A stretch of 63,522 nucleotides of DNA, the filler included, from Octopus bimaculoides (taxonomy: Eukaryota), in the NCBI RefSeq assembly GCF_001194135.2. It is 5 parts of 5 records of this genome, joined end to end, with 100 filler letters (N's around TTAATTAATTAA, not from the genome) between each part and the next. Parts side by side here need not be neighbours in the genome. Positions count along the whole stretch, not along the records: positions 18,501 to 45,609 come from NC_068995.1; 4 more parts are not named here. One strand, given 5' to 3'. Below the pieces are notes generated by a model. That model made no database searches and was not told the DNA's origin. It saw only the letters and a list, made by a program, of their open reading frames with translations. Made by a program: the position numbers and the translations under genes. Shown here piece after piece: positions 24,900 through 36,472 of this stretch (position 1 is its first letter; each line of letters begins with the position of its first letter).

Positions 24900-25960
24900 T
24901 ATTTATTTAATCATACATTGTTGGTCAAGTGAACTCTTGGTATTAAGACTCTTGGTATTTAGACTCTTCATATTGGGGCAGCAGCTATATGATAATTTCC
25001 CAGAATGCCATTAATTATTTTCTTGTATCTGTGAGTTGCTGAAAAGTGTTTGTCTAGGAGAGGCAGGAATTTTTTTACATATGAGTGGTTGGCGTTAGGA
25101 AGGGCATCCAGCTGTAGAAACTGCCAAATCAGATTGGAGCCTGGTGTTGCCATCCGGTTTCACCAGTCCTCAGTCAAATCGTCCAACCCATGCTAGCATG
25201 GAAAGCGGACGTTAAACGATGATGATGATGATGATGATGTTAGTTCTTATTAAGGGAAAAGGGAGGTGTGAACCAAATAATTTTCCTTAACCTATTTTTA
25301 GGTCTCTTATTATTCTGATTAATACTAGAGGGGTTATGTATTACTTTATCTTTGATGCCACTAGATCTATTATTATTCTGATTAATTATTAGAGGGATTA
25401 TATATTAATTTATCTCTGAAGCCACTATTGGCTAGAACATTGTTATAATGTTTCTCGAAAATTTCTTTAGAAGAAGAAAGGTTAGACACTGTGTTACTAA
25501 TATTAGCTATCAGGTTTTGCAATATTACAGGAGGGAGACAAGACTGTTTATGTATATACGCGAGTTTCTCAATAGGCTTATGAAAAGGTTTATACAAGGA
25601 AGAGTTCAAATGTAGGGAAACATCTAAATAATCAACTACAGATAGATTCGTAACTACTGTAATTTTAAGGCCTAACTGATTAAAGGTTGCTTTCTAAATA
25701 CCCTATTCTTGATTAACTAGTTGATATCTTTCCAGCCTTATATTTTAAGTTCTAAGCAGGATAACTCTTTTACCTTTTTACATTTTAGTTTTTGTGTTTT
25801 CTGTCTTCTGTTTTTTACCTTCTGCGTTTTTCATATTTTTTCAGTTTTTTCATGTTTCTTCTCTTATTCAATATTTTTAGTTCATTATATGTGGTTTGTG
25901 CCTGAAGAATGTTTGAGATATTTCTCAACACTATTAGCAGCATTTAAAGACACGTATTGT
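24900..25960 (-). mobile_element. Penelope-like element RT thumb/linker fragment, interrupted by a family-D copy; possible inverted terminal repeat at 25720-25960
   Basis: Seen: LGLKITVVTNLSVVDYLDVSLHLNSSLYKPFHKP..YIHKQSCLPP; RKIIWFTPPFSL; KKFLPLLDKHFSATHRYKKI. A plus-strand CTGAAGAA hairpin at about 25892-25930 may be a decayed hammerhead. Confidence 0.8.
25081..25239 (+). mobile_element. RTE-tail short repeat (family D) ending in (GAT)n, nested in the PLE
   Basis: Seen: near-identical to the reverse complements of 30838-31000 and 34512-34688. Further copies at 29740-29960 (+) and 35565-35848 (+). Confidence 0.88.
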
Positions 25961-26594
25961 GTCCTTTAAATAATATATATATATATATATATATATATCA
26001 CTTGGAGAGAGAGGCCCTTCTCACTCACAACATCTCAATTGTCTTTGGTCGCAATCCAGCTAATCACTGTTGTTCTTATATATACTCCACATAGTACAGG
26101 AAGGTCTATTGGTGTCAGGCAGTCTGTGGTCTCATAAAATTTGAGAGTTCAGTGATGTCAGTTTCTGTTGTAGCATTTAGCAAGGCTCCCAGTTTGGTGG
26201 GGCTCAAATTGCTTGCCAGTTTGCATGTCAAGCATAGCTGCATGGTGTATTTTCGCCCAAAGGAAAATAATATCACTATGGGCAAAAAAAAATAAATAAA
26301 TAGCTAGATACTCTGCAATAGTGCAATTGTGCATTTTATTGTTACTACAAGTTTGCACTGAATATAGGTGATTAATTGTATATCTTACACTTTCATTCAG
26401 TGCAATTTGTTTCACTTTGTTCAGCATCTTATATATATAAAATTCAAAAGATTGTCATTCTGAATTCAAATCCTGTTAAACTCAACTTTACCTTTCATCC
26501 ATCCAACATCAATAGGTGCAAGAACCAGTCAAATACTGAGATGAATTTGATTTGGTATCCCCCACTCTTCTCTAAGCAGGAGAATTTGATTGAG

Positions 26595-26824
26595 AATCTT
26601 ATGAATGCATTTAAACCAGCCATATCTAGCTTAAAATATTTTACCTGTGTAATGTTCAAACCAACCAAAAATGGCCTCTCACACCCACCTTGAAATACCA
26701 TTCTCAAAACAGCCCACCATATCATTGACATCTCAAAGCTATAAAATACTGGATGATTAATTCAAAATAATGTGAATAAATAAACATAGCATTTGACAGA
26801 ATAATCCTAATGCTAGAGGGTTAA
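26595..26824 (-). mobile_element. piggyBac-type MITE copy
   Basis: Seen: ends aatgctagaggg|ttaa; the body is the reverse complement of the MITE at 34176-34384 and 35490-36021. Confidence 0.6.
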
Positions 26825-27364
26825 AGCTGGATGAGGGTACAAACCCCAACGGTTACAAGATTTCTGTGAGGAGCTGCAACTTCAGTTATTATTAGCTTTC
26901 AAAGACATTCTATCCAATGCAATTTGATAGGAGAAGTTTGAACATAAGCAGAAAACAGCAAATTTTTGAGGTTATAACCCAGCTGGATGTTTACTCAAAC
27001 AACTCCTTCTTAATCTTAGAGACACAACAATGCTTCCTCCCATCCCCACAACATGTCATTCTATTGATAATATGTGATATAATAAATAGTTGTGTTACTT
27101 GGTAACATGGAATAAATGTTGGTGAGAAAGTAATGATGGATCATTAAATAGGACTTGAAGTCACCAAATGTAATGTAGAAGAGAATGTTGTTGTAAGGTT
27201 ATTGCGGAAGAATGAATAAGAAAGGGATTTAAGTACATTCTCAGTTATTTATCCTCAGATATATTTATTCTAGTCACTTAACATATAGCTTAACATAAAG
27301 ATAAATATGTTGGTAATTATCTAAGTGTATCTCTGTGTATTTGTGTTTTTAAGTGTATATACTT

Positions 27365-27525
27365 TTGCTGGTTTCAACCAAAGACTGTGAGGAACCTGTT
27401 GACCCAATTTGCTGACTTTTCCGATGGCACGCAGGTGTCAATAAATGGTTGAACGACCAAGTCTAAGCTTCTCTGCTAGTTCGTCAACAGTTATGATGGG
27501 ATTTTGTTCCACCAGGATTTGCAAA
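27365..27525 (-). mobile_element. Mariner transposase fragment (HTH to WVPHEL-like motif)
   Basis: Seen: ILVEQNPIITVDELAEKLRLGRSTIY*HLRAIGKVSKLGQQVPHSL. Confidence 0.7.
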
Positions 27526-27752
27526 ACATTTCATTTCACATTGTTCCAGTCTACTCTACTGTAAATGGGGTAACACTGTGATGGATTAGCTTTCCAATCA
27601 GGGGGAATTTTGGCCTGCTTGCCTACTACCCAGTGGAGTGGTCTCATTCAAAAGCAAAACAGTACAAAGTGCATTGTGACCAATGATGTATAACAGCATT
27701 TGATAGTCTGATTGATTTCCTGGTCACGTAATGTGTGTGTGTGTGTGTGTGT

Positions 27753-29560
27753 ATCATCATTGTTTAATGTCTGCCTTCCATGCTGGCATGGGTGGGATGG
27801 TTTGACAAGAGCCAGCCAAGCAGAAGCCTGCACCAGACTTCTGTGACTGTTGTGACAGGATTTTTACAGCTGGATGCTTTCCTAACACCAACCACCCAGC
27901 AGAGNNNNNNNNNNTTTTTACAGCTGGATGCTTTCCTAACACCAACCACCCAGCAGAGTGGACTTAGTGCTTTTTATGTGGCACAAGCACAGGCAAGGTT
28001 TTTACAGCTGGATGCCCTTCCAAATGCCAACCACTTTACAGTGTGGACTGGATGCTTTTTAAGTAAGTCCTGCACTGACAGGGTTACCAAGTAACATTCA
28101 AGACAAAAATCTTTTGAGAGGGGAGGGGGCATTGGAGGAGGTGACCTTGTGTCAGATGATGAAAGGTTATAGTGAGACAGAGACAGAAACAGATGTCTTG
28201 CTGTAGAGGAGGTACAAGGTTACCTGGCTGGAGAGAGAGAGAGAGAGAGAGAGATCAGGAATGAAGACAGAAAAGGTGTGCTGCCGCAAAAGAGATATAT
28301 GGTTACCCAATCTAAGAGAAGTGCAGGAGAAGAAGAGAGAGAGTGGAAGACAGCAGGATAGACAAGGCTCAGGGTTCAGTATATAAATGGGATGGTTGAG
28401 TAAAGACAGAGAGAGGTATAGATGGTGGCAAGTGTCAGGACATAATATAAGTGGCAGGATATTGCCAAAGAAGCATGATTAAAGAGTGCAGAGTGGGGGA
28501 GTAAGTGGTGAAAACATGGCTATATATAGAGTTGGGGAAGGGCTACCAGATAGCAATGATATGTGTGGGTGGAACACACAGGTTGGGCGGGGGGGCTAGC
28601 GGATAGCAATGATATGTGTGGGTGGAACACACAGGTTGGGCGGGGGGGCTAGCGGATAGCAATGATACTGTGAGACAGGACTAAGAGGACAGGATTGGGG
28701 TGTGGGAGGTAAGCATAGTGCTTGAAGTGGAAATGTGAGGAAGAGAAGAGAGAAGAGATGGAGTTTTGTTTGTTGTGGAAGAGTGTGTGAGAAGTTTTCT
28801 TGTTAAGTGTGGGTGGGACACACAGCACTTCTAGGCTGACGTAGGTGCATCTTCTGAAGAACCTCATATTGCCAGACATTTCGGTCCATTGTCATTTCCT
28901 CTGTGAGGCCCAACATCTTGAGATCAGTCCTGCTTTATGCAGCTGTCATCATTCATACGCATCACATGTCCAAACCAATGTAGTCTTCTCTCTTGCATGC
29001 TACATTTGATTCCTCTTATACCCAACTTTTCTTTCAATACATTTGCATTTTGTCGTACATGCGTACTGATGTTGCACATTTAATGGTACATACTATCTTC
29101 ATTTCTCTCCAGTCTATGCATGTCTTCTGCATTCAGAGCCCATGTCTCACTACCATAGAGTATAGCCGTTTGTACACAAGCATCCTACAGTCTACCTTTT
29201 ACTCTGAGAGAGACTCCTTTTGTTGCCAACAGAGGTAATAGCTCTCTGAACTTCCTCCATCCTATTTTTCTAGAAACAATACTTTCAGAGCATCCTCCAC
29301 CATTTTTAATTTGGTCACCTAGGTAACAGAAACTGTCTACAACCTCAAGAGAGCCTCCTGGCCATTTGAGAGGATCTCAGTCCTGTGTGCTCTTAGTGCT
29401 TATTGTTCCTGCACATCTGCCACATACAAAGATGACTTTATCTGTTAATCTACCTGCGATTCCATTGCACCTCTTATGTGTCCATAGTTTACATTTGGTG
29501 CAGTGAATAGAATTTCTTCCAACTCCTTTCCTACTTATCGAGCAGGGTCATTTACCTGAT
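27753..29560 (-). mobile_element. RTE LINE 3' portion with a long 3' UTR and (GAT)n tail
   Basis: Seen: LEVVDSFCYLGDQI..GGGCSES..WRKFRELLPLLATKGVSLRVKGRL..ILYGSETWALNAEDMHRLERNE at 28850-29400; family-D tail at 27753-28060. Continuity of the intervening UTR is inferred. Confidence 0.75.
28549..28667. repeat. 53-bp tandem duplication (two copies plus a partial)
   Basis: Seen: gatagcaatgat starts at 28549, 28602 and 28655. Confidence 0.9.
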
Positions 29561-30529
29561 GGAAAGAGAGTTTTATCCTCTTATCTTCTTTCTTACTAAC
29601 AACATATACACACACACACACGCACACACACATGTATGTATATATGTATATATATATCTATATATACACACACAAGGGGGTACCCAAAAGTAACCAGAAT
29701 TGTTCTGTGCTTGAGAAGAAGACCCATCAAGCCAAGTGGAATGATAGTCATGGCAGATACCGGTACCATGCACTGGCACCCATGCTGGTGGCACGTAAAA
29801 ACACCCATTATACTCTCGGGGTGATTGGTGATAAGAAGGGCATCCAACCATCGAAACCATACCAAATGAGACTGGAGTCTAGTGCAGCCCCTCAGCTTAC
29901 CAGCCCTAGCCAAACTGTCCAACCCATGCCAGCATGGACAACGGATGTTAAATGATGATATATGTATATATATATACAGAGTTGAACAGACAGAACACAA
30001 CAAGGAGAAAAAGTTAGATGAAAGTAAAACAAATGGGAAACTAGACAAAAACTTAATGGATGGGAAATATAGACAAAGACATGATACATAGAATATTCAC
30101 AGCTGAGTTTTCCTTGTCAGTCAATGACCCAAAATATCATAGTGGTTTTGCGCCATTACCGTTGAGACCACTCAATCTTGGAGGCACCAGTGCTGTTATT
30201 AAGCTACTGGAAAAAAGCTAGCAAATGTATATTAAGACAAAAACAAACAAGACATTACATAAATACAACAGATGAAGAATTATGCATATATAACAACATG
30301 AAGCCTTATGGCTATATACAACAGAAGAAAAAAATAATAATTATACATATATCGCGAATACAACAGAAAGAGCTTTGCAGGTATCGAATGAACTTAGTGG
30401 GGTTGCGCAAAGATGAAATGGAGTAAGTCCTAATGGATGTAGCAGGAGCCCAGACCAGTCTGGTCAAAGGCAAGGTGAAAAAGAACAACACTGCTTTCAC
30501 CAGACACCGGTCACATGGTAGGGAAGAGG

Positions 30530-30551
30530 AGGTATTGAGAGAGGGAAAGAA

Positions 30552-30596
<45 letters not shown>

Positions 30597-30836
30597 GTGA
30601 AAGAGAGATAGAGAGAAACAGTGAAAGAGAGAGAAGAGAAAGGTACAAAGGTGGAAAGAGAGGGTAAGAGTGGAGAAAGAGATAGAGTAAGAGTAGAGTT
30701 GGAAAGAGATAGAGTAGGGGTAGAGTTGGAAAGAGATAGAGTAAGAGGGAAAGCAGGGCACAGAAGAGAGAGAGAGAGAAGAGAAAGGTACAAGGGAGGC
30801 AAGCAAGGGCAGAAAGGGAGAGTAAGAGTGGAGAAA
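30530..30836. repeat. Polypurine (AG-rich) tract with degenerate 27-bp repeats
   Basis: Seen: (AG)n plus two copies of tagagttggaaagagatagagta. Confidence 0.8.
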
Positions 30837-30837
30837 G

Positions 30838-31118
30838 ATCATCATCATCATCATCATCATCGTTCAACGTCCGCTTTCCATGCTAGCATGGGTTGGACGA
30901 TTTGACTGGGGACTGGTGCAACCGGATGGCTACACCAGGCTCCAATCTAATTTGGCAGAGTTTCTACAGCTGGATGCCCTTCCTAACGCCAACCACTCAG
31001 AGAGTGTAGTGGGTGCTTTTATGTGTCACCCGCACGAAAACGGCCACGCTCGAAATGGTGTCTTTTCGAGCGTGGCCGTTTTCGTGCGGGTGACACGTAA
31101 AAGCACCCACTACACTCT
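30838..31118 (-). mobile_element. Family-D copy with a 5' fold-back duplication (55-bp arms, 8-nt loop, 31001-31118)
   Basis: Seen: 31001-31055 and 31064-31118 are reverse complements with one mismatch. Confidence 0.9.
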
Positions 31119-31914
31119 ATATATATGCATCCCCTTCATCATATATGCAGTCATCACATTCGGTTAAAATTGCTTATTGATGTTGTTTCTCTTTTTTCTC
31201 CTGATGAGAAGTTTGCATTGTTTTACATCATTTTATACCCTCTGGAATAATACCAATGTTTTCTTCGAAACATATGTCAGAAGTATAAAAATTTGAATAA
31301 CACCTGCATTTAACTCCATTTCTTTATTTATCTGTTATACAAAAACATTTCACTAAACCCTAGAATTTCTACCTTTTAAGTAGGCTGTAACACCCTTGGT
31401 ACTTATGTGAATTTTTTGGTTCCCTGGTAACTACTTATTTATTTTTTCTATGTTATTTGTACACATTGAAAAAAATACACATACATTTAGCCTGACACCA
31501 CATATATATATNNNNNNNNNNNNNNNNNNNNNNNNNNNNNNNNNNNNNNNNNNNNNNNNNNNNNNNNNNNNNNNNNNNATATACCCTGACACCACACCCA
31601 AGACATTAATGCTAACCAACTGTTTCAAACATGTGGTATGTGACAAATCACTCTGAATAGTATTATTGACTGACAACTTTATTAGTAGCTTAGAGTGAAT
31701 GTTTGCAATATGGCTATATTTCTTTTACAACCAACTTTCCCATTTATGACAGTTTTGCAATAAAGACATAATTCCTTCATTACATAAAGTAGCTTAAGTA
31801 CCTATACTATTTTCTTGTAATGCACCTTACAAACATTTCTACTTTTCCCCTGAAATTGCCTTCCATTTATAGTTTGTATTCTTATCTGTAGCACACTGGT
31901 CATTCTGTTTCAGG

Positions 31915-32154
31915 CATTACCTTTGTCTTTTATTGACTGGAGCCATATTGGAACATCATCTTGAAGGTTTAGTTGAACAAATCAACCCCAGTACTCATTT
32001 ATTTATTTATTTATTTATTTGTGTTTAAAGTCTGGTACTTATTCTGTTAGTCTCTGTCGTTGAACTGCTAAGTTATGGAACTGTAAACAAACCAACACCA
32101 GTTTTCAAGTGGTGCTGGTGCAAACACAAACACAGTACACAAATGTATAATACA

Positions 32155-32196
<42 letters not shown>

Positions 32197-32355
32197 GGGC
32201 TTCCATACAGTTTCTGTCTACCAAGTTCACTCACAAGACATTAGTTGACTTAGAGCTATAGCAGAAGACACTTGTCCAAGGTGCCACATCGTGGGACTGA
32301 ACCTGAAACTGCAAGGTTGCAAAGTGAGTTTCTTTACCAGACATCCACCATGCCT
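31915..32355 (-). mobile_element. Bipartite SINE A/C (head 32195-32355, (CA)n, tail half 31915-32140), CpG-decayed
   Basis: Seen: same order and motifs as 12620-13035. The same layout occurs at 38235-38560 and 53265-53500. Confidence 0.75.
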
Positions 32356-32856
32356 AATCATTTCTACAGTTCACTACCACACACTCACTATAATTTTCTA
32401 GAAATCATAAAATTTCAAATTATTTTCAAGTGATATATTTATNNNNNNNNNNNNNNNNNNNNNNNNNNNNNNNNNNNNNNNNNNNNNNNNNNNNNNNNNN
32501 NNNNNNNNNNNNNNNNNNNNNNNNNNNNNNNNNNNNNNNNNNNNNNNNNNNNNNNNNNNNNNNNNNNNNNNNNNNNNNNNNNNNNNNNNNNNNNNNNNNN
32601 NNNNNNNNNNNNNNNNNNNNNNNNNNNNNNNNNNNNNNNNNNNNNNNNNNNNNNNNNNNNNNNNNNNNNNNNNNNNNNNNNNNNNNNNNNNNNNNNNNNN
32701 NNNNNNNNNNNNNNNNNNNNNNNNNNNNNNNNNNNNNNNNNNNNNNNNNNNNNNNNNNNNNNNNNNNNNNNNNNNNNNNNNNNNNNNNNNNNNNNNNNNN
32801 NNNNNNNNNNNNNNNNNNNNNNNNNNNNNNNNNNNNNNNNNNNNNNNNNNNNNNNN

Positions 32857-32909
<53 letters not shown>

Positions 32910-33169
32910 GCCTGCCTGTCTGTCTGTATGTCACTAATACACCTGTATCAATAACGTAAACAGTTTCCCTTTCAGTTTTGACTGCTTTCTTTTCTCACAC
33001 ACAAATAGACATAACAGATAGGTACCTCAAAGAGAATTTATTTTTTCTCTTGCTATTTATTCTGAACATTTAAAGAACCCACATTGTTTTTCAGCTTAGC
33101 TAGATTACCTGTATTTTATTTACATATTTATTCTTTATCTATCTTACAGGTTCAGTTCTGCTGCCAGAC

Positions 33170-33424
33170 ATGCATCCAATAGCAACTTTTATACTAGGCA
33201 GTGAAGTTTTCCATGCTATGACTCATAGTATGGTGTTGTTTAGACTTCGACTTTTACCCAGAAAGGACCTTGTACAAGTCAACTACTATTTTGTGTTTGA
33301 TCTTCTGTCAGTATTCTTTGCATCATTTCTTGTACTTCAACGCTTGCAATGGCTTGCTTGTATACAAATGGCACAACATCTGTACTATATTGTGTTTTGG
33401 AACAAAACTTCTCTGGCAAAGAAA
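33170..33424 (+). CDS. Uncharacterised multi-pass membrane protein, coding exon 1 (85 aa)
   Basis: Seen: acceptor ttctttatctatcttacag| at 33149, ATG at 33170, phase-0 donor AAA|GTATGC at 33425; MHPIATFILGSEVFHAMTH...WNKTSLAKK. The frame stays open back to the acceptor, so the N-terminus may extend into an upstream exon. Confidence 0.85.
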
Positions 33425-33550
33425 GTATGCATTCTGTTTTACTGCTAATCTTGTTTATGTTACAATTATTGCCATTGCTAAACTTTTTTTGTTTCATTTT
33501 TTAATATTTTTTTTTTGTAGTTCAACATGCACACAGACAGATGAATAATT

Positions 33551-33722
33551 CAGTTCTATATTTAAGAGATGAGGAATTATGTACATTATTTACATTTGAC
33601 GGATATTTGTCCTCATCTTGTTTGTTGTTAACACAACGTTTCAGCTGATATACCCTCCAGCCTTCATCAGGTTTCTTGGGGAAATTTCAAACTTGGGTTC
33701 TCATTCCTAAGGTATTTTTCGG

Positions 33723-33775
<53 letters not shown>

Positions 33776-34040
33776 TCATTATGCCATATGCCCATGGGCA
33801 TATGGCATAGTGGTTAAGAGCGCGGGCTACTAACCCCAAGATTCTAAGTTCGATTCCAAGCAGTGACCTGAATAATAATAATAACGATAATAATAATAAC
33901 AACAAGAACAATACTTAGGAATGAGAACCCAGGTTTGAAATTTCTCCAAGGCACCTGATGAAGGCTGGAAGGTATATCAGCTAAAACATTGTGTTAACAA
34001 CAAACAAAATGAGGTCAAATATCTGTCAGATGTAAATAAT
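33551..34040. mobile_element. Head-to-head palindromic element: tRNA-like head + (AAT)n + hammerhead-bearing PLE-type tail
   Basis: Seen: perfect 30-bp central palindrome at 33780-33809; arms 33585-33778 and 33865-34040 are diverged (roughly 90% identical by eye) inverted copies; A/B-box-like motifs at 33803-33857. Confidence 0.8.
33630..33675 (-). ncRNA. Minimal type I hammerhead ribozyme motif
   Basis: Seen on the minus strand: aaac CTGATGA a GGCTG gagggtatat CAGCT GAAA C GT T gtgtt, i.e. conserved core, helix II, and a 2-bp palindromic helix III with a GUU cleavage triplet. The plus-strand twin at 33951-33995 has GAAA>AAAA and CG>CA. Activity not shown. Confidence 0.65.
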
Positions 34041-34175
34041 CTGCTATAGAATTAATGATAATTTTTTAGGATAAAGCTGAATTTGGTCAGTTGCCTTTAC
34101 TTTTAGAAAATGACCTTGTTTATAAAATAAGATAATATTTTAGGGATTAGAATGTTTATCACTGTGGTCCCTTAA

Positions 34176-34384
34176 CCCTTTAGCATTCAAATCATTCTGT
34201 CAAATACAATGCTTATTGATTCTCATTATTTTGTATTAATCATGTATTATCTTGAAGCTTCAAGATTTCAATGATGTGATTGTTTATTTTTAGAGTAAGA
34301 TTGTAGAATAAGTGTAAGAGGCCATGTCTGGCCAGTTTAAACATAAAACAAAATATTTGGGTTGGATATGGCCAGTTTAAATAT
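34176..34384 (+). mobile_element. piggyBac-type MITE, right end lost
   Basis: Seen: TTAA|ccctttagcatt at 34172-34187; the body matches 35490-36021. Confidence 0.65.
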
Positions 34385-34511
34385 TGATTTCTTTTGATCA
34401 TATATAAGCCAATTTCTGAAAGGGAAGTGGGGTCTATTAATTTACTTGGTTCCAGTATAGACTTGGTAATTATTCTATTAAGTTTTTTTAGGATGACAGA
34501 CTAACTCTGAA

Positions 34512-34688
34512 TCATCATCAGCATCATCATCATCATCATCATCGTTTAACGTCCGCTTTCCATGCTAGCATGGGTTGGACGACTTGACTGAGGACTGGTG
34601 AAACCAGATGGCTACACCAGGCTCCAATCTGATTTGGCAGAGTTTCTACAGCTGGATGCCCTTCCTAACGCCAACAACTCCGAGAGTA
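34512..34688 (-). mobile_element. Family-D RTE-tail repeat, young copy (intronic)
   Basis: Seen: (CAT)n followed by cgtttaacgtccgctttccatgctagc...cctaacgccaac. Confidence 0.88.
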
Positions 34689-35489
34689 TGAAATGAAATT
34701 CTGTAAAACTTTTAGCCTGGTTTGATATTTTCTTTGCTACTCCATCACTTTAGTGGTAAGTAAAGGATAAGTAAAGCTTTCAAAAGAATTTGATGTGGTG
34801 TGAAGGTTTTAGATGAGGAATGTTTCTCACAATGAATGCAGGTGCCACATCTAGAACAGTGCTACTCTTATACATAGAAACATCATAGACCACATTAAAA
34901 AAAAAGTCACCTTTTAGATTAGCATGAAGTGACCTACCAACCTATAAGGCTCAAATTTTCTTGATTATAAGGAATTGTTCACATACTTGAATTGATGCAT
35001 CCTTATCTACCACTGACATTTAGGACCAAATTCAGAAGATGAGCATTTAATTGAACTCACAGAAACAACCATCTTTGGTTTACAATGTATTTTCTTTTGC
35101 TGTCTTCTTTCCTTACTTTATATTCTCTATCATTTGTTAGCTGCTCTTTCGCATCAGTCTTTGGTTTACTAATCTCCTTGCAACATCTACAAATCTGTTT
35201 ATCAATCCCAGTCAAAAGACAGTATACACCTATAGTCATTTTGTCTACATCTTATTACTGAGAATGAAGTTTTGAACTCTGCAGGAGAATATCTTTTTTA
35301 CTGCAGAACTACATTTCTTTGAAACTTCCACCTTCCAGACATTCATCACATTTTGTTAACTCTCAGTTCTCCAAAATAATATTGCCTACATTAGTATCTT
35401 TCAGAAATCTATTAACATATGGTCTGACCATTCCTCCTACATAAAATATTCTTTATAGATAAAGTTGGTCATTTGCTTGTATTGTTTAA

Positions 35490-36021
35490 CCCTTTAGCAT
35501 ACAGATTATTCTGTCAAATGTAATGCCTGTATTCTTACAAAGTTACTTGGTGACCCTTCCACTGCAGGTGCCACTTAAAAAGCAATTCAGTCCACACTGT
35601 AAACTGGTTGGCAATTGGAAGGCCACCCAGCTGTAAAAACCATGCCAAAACTTAGCTTGTCTGTGCTGATGCCACGTAAAAAGCACTCAGCCCACTCTGC
35701 GGAGTGGTTGGTATTAGGAAGGGCATCCAGCCGTATAAAACCATGCCAAAACAGACACAGAAGTATGGTGCAGGCTTCTGCTTGGCCAGCTCCTGTCAAA
35801 CTGTCCAACTCATGCCAGTATGGAAGGATGACGTTAAACGATGATGATAACTCACCTTGTTTTTAATTAATCAGGCATTATCTTGTAGTTTCAATATTTT
35901 GATGATGTGATATTTTTAGGATGACATTGTAGAGTAAGTATGAGAGGCCAGATCTGGCCAGTTTGAAGATAAAACAAGTAGAATATATGGACTGGACATG
36001 GCCAGTTTAAATGCTAAAGGG
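35490..36021 (+). mobile_element. piggyBac-type MITE (TIR ccctttagcat/atgctaaaggg) interrupted by a family-D copy
   Basis: Seen: TTAA at 35486-35489, 11-bp perfect TIRs, right flank TTAC. Known: a TTAA target and CCC..GGG termini typify piggyBac. Confidence 0.7.
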
Positions 36022-36190
36022 TTACGTAGATATTTTTAGTCTTGACTGTATTCTTACTCCTTACATTTTAATTGTGACCAGAATTATTGCTCCCTAATGT
36101 TTGATTTCTTTGCTTTATATAAATATATTTTTAATGTTGAATGCCATTTTATTTTCTTACTAATTGATATTTTTCATTTATTCATTGCAG

Positions 36191-36472
36191 ATAATAAGCT
36201 GGAGTTCATTAGATTGGATCAAGAGTAAATACAATGAAAAATGGGAGTTTGATAACATACTGGGAACAGCTTTTGATTTAGCTGTGCATATTACCTTCAG
36301 CTATCTACTTTCAAAAACACTAACATTTACGGAAATAGTTGTTGGAGTGGCTATGGCATCATTTCTTCTAAATTTTGTAATGTTTTCCAAGAGATTTGCC
36401 TGGAGCAATCCCCAAAATATACCATCATGGGTTGAGAAAAGAATACAACCTTTAGGGCCCTGGTGGAATTAA
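36191..36472 (+). CDS. Uncharacterised multi-pass membrane protein, coding exon 2 (93 aa + stop)
   Basis: Seen: acceptor ttcatttattcattgcag| at 36190, phase 0, joining in frame to exon 1 (LAKK|IISWSSLDW...IQPLGPWWN*), 178 aa total. Candidate AATAAA at 37399 and 37418. Confidence 0.85.
   Translation: MISWSSLDWIKSKYNEKWEFDNILGTAFDLAVHITFSYLLSKTLTFTEIVVGVAMASFLLNFVMFSKRFAWSNPQNIPSWVEKRIQPLGPWWN

Noticed and set aside
26550-26731. Exon-like ORFs around 26.5-26.7 kb
   Set aside because: Explained by the reverse-oriented piggyBac-type MITE.
33796-33870. Possible tRNA-Ser(ACT) gene; similar tRNA-like heads at 3145, 13455, 45094, 56093 and 60031
   Set aside because: The acceptor stems do not pair, there is no long variable arm, and each is fused to repeat bodies, so these are SINE-type heads.
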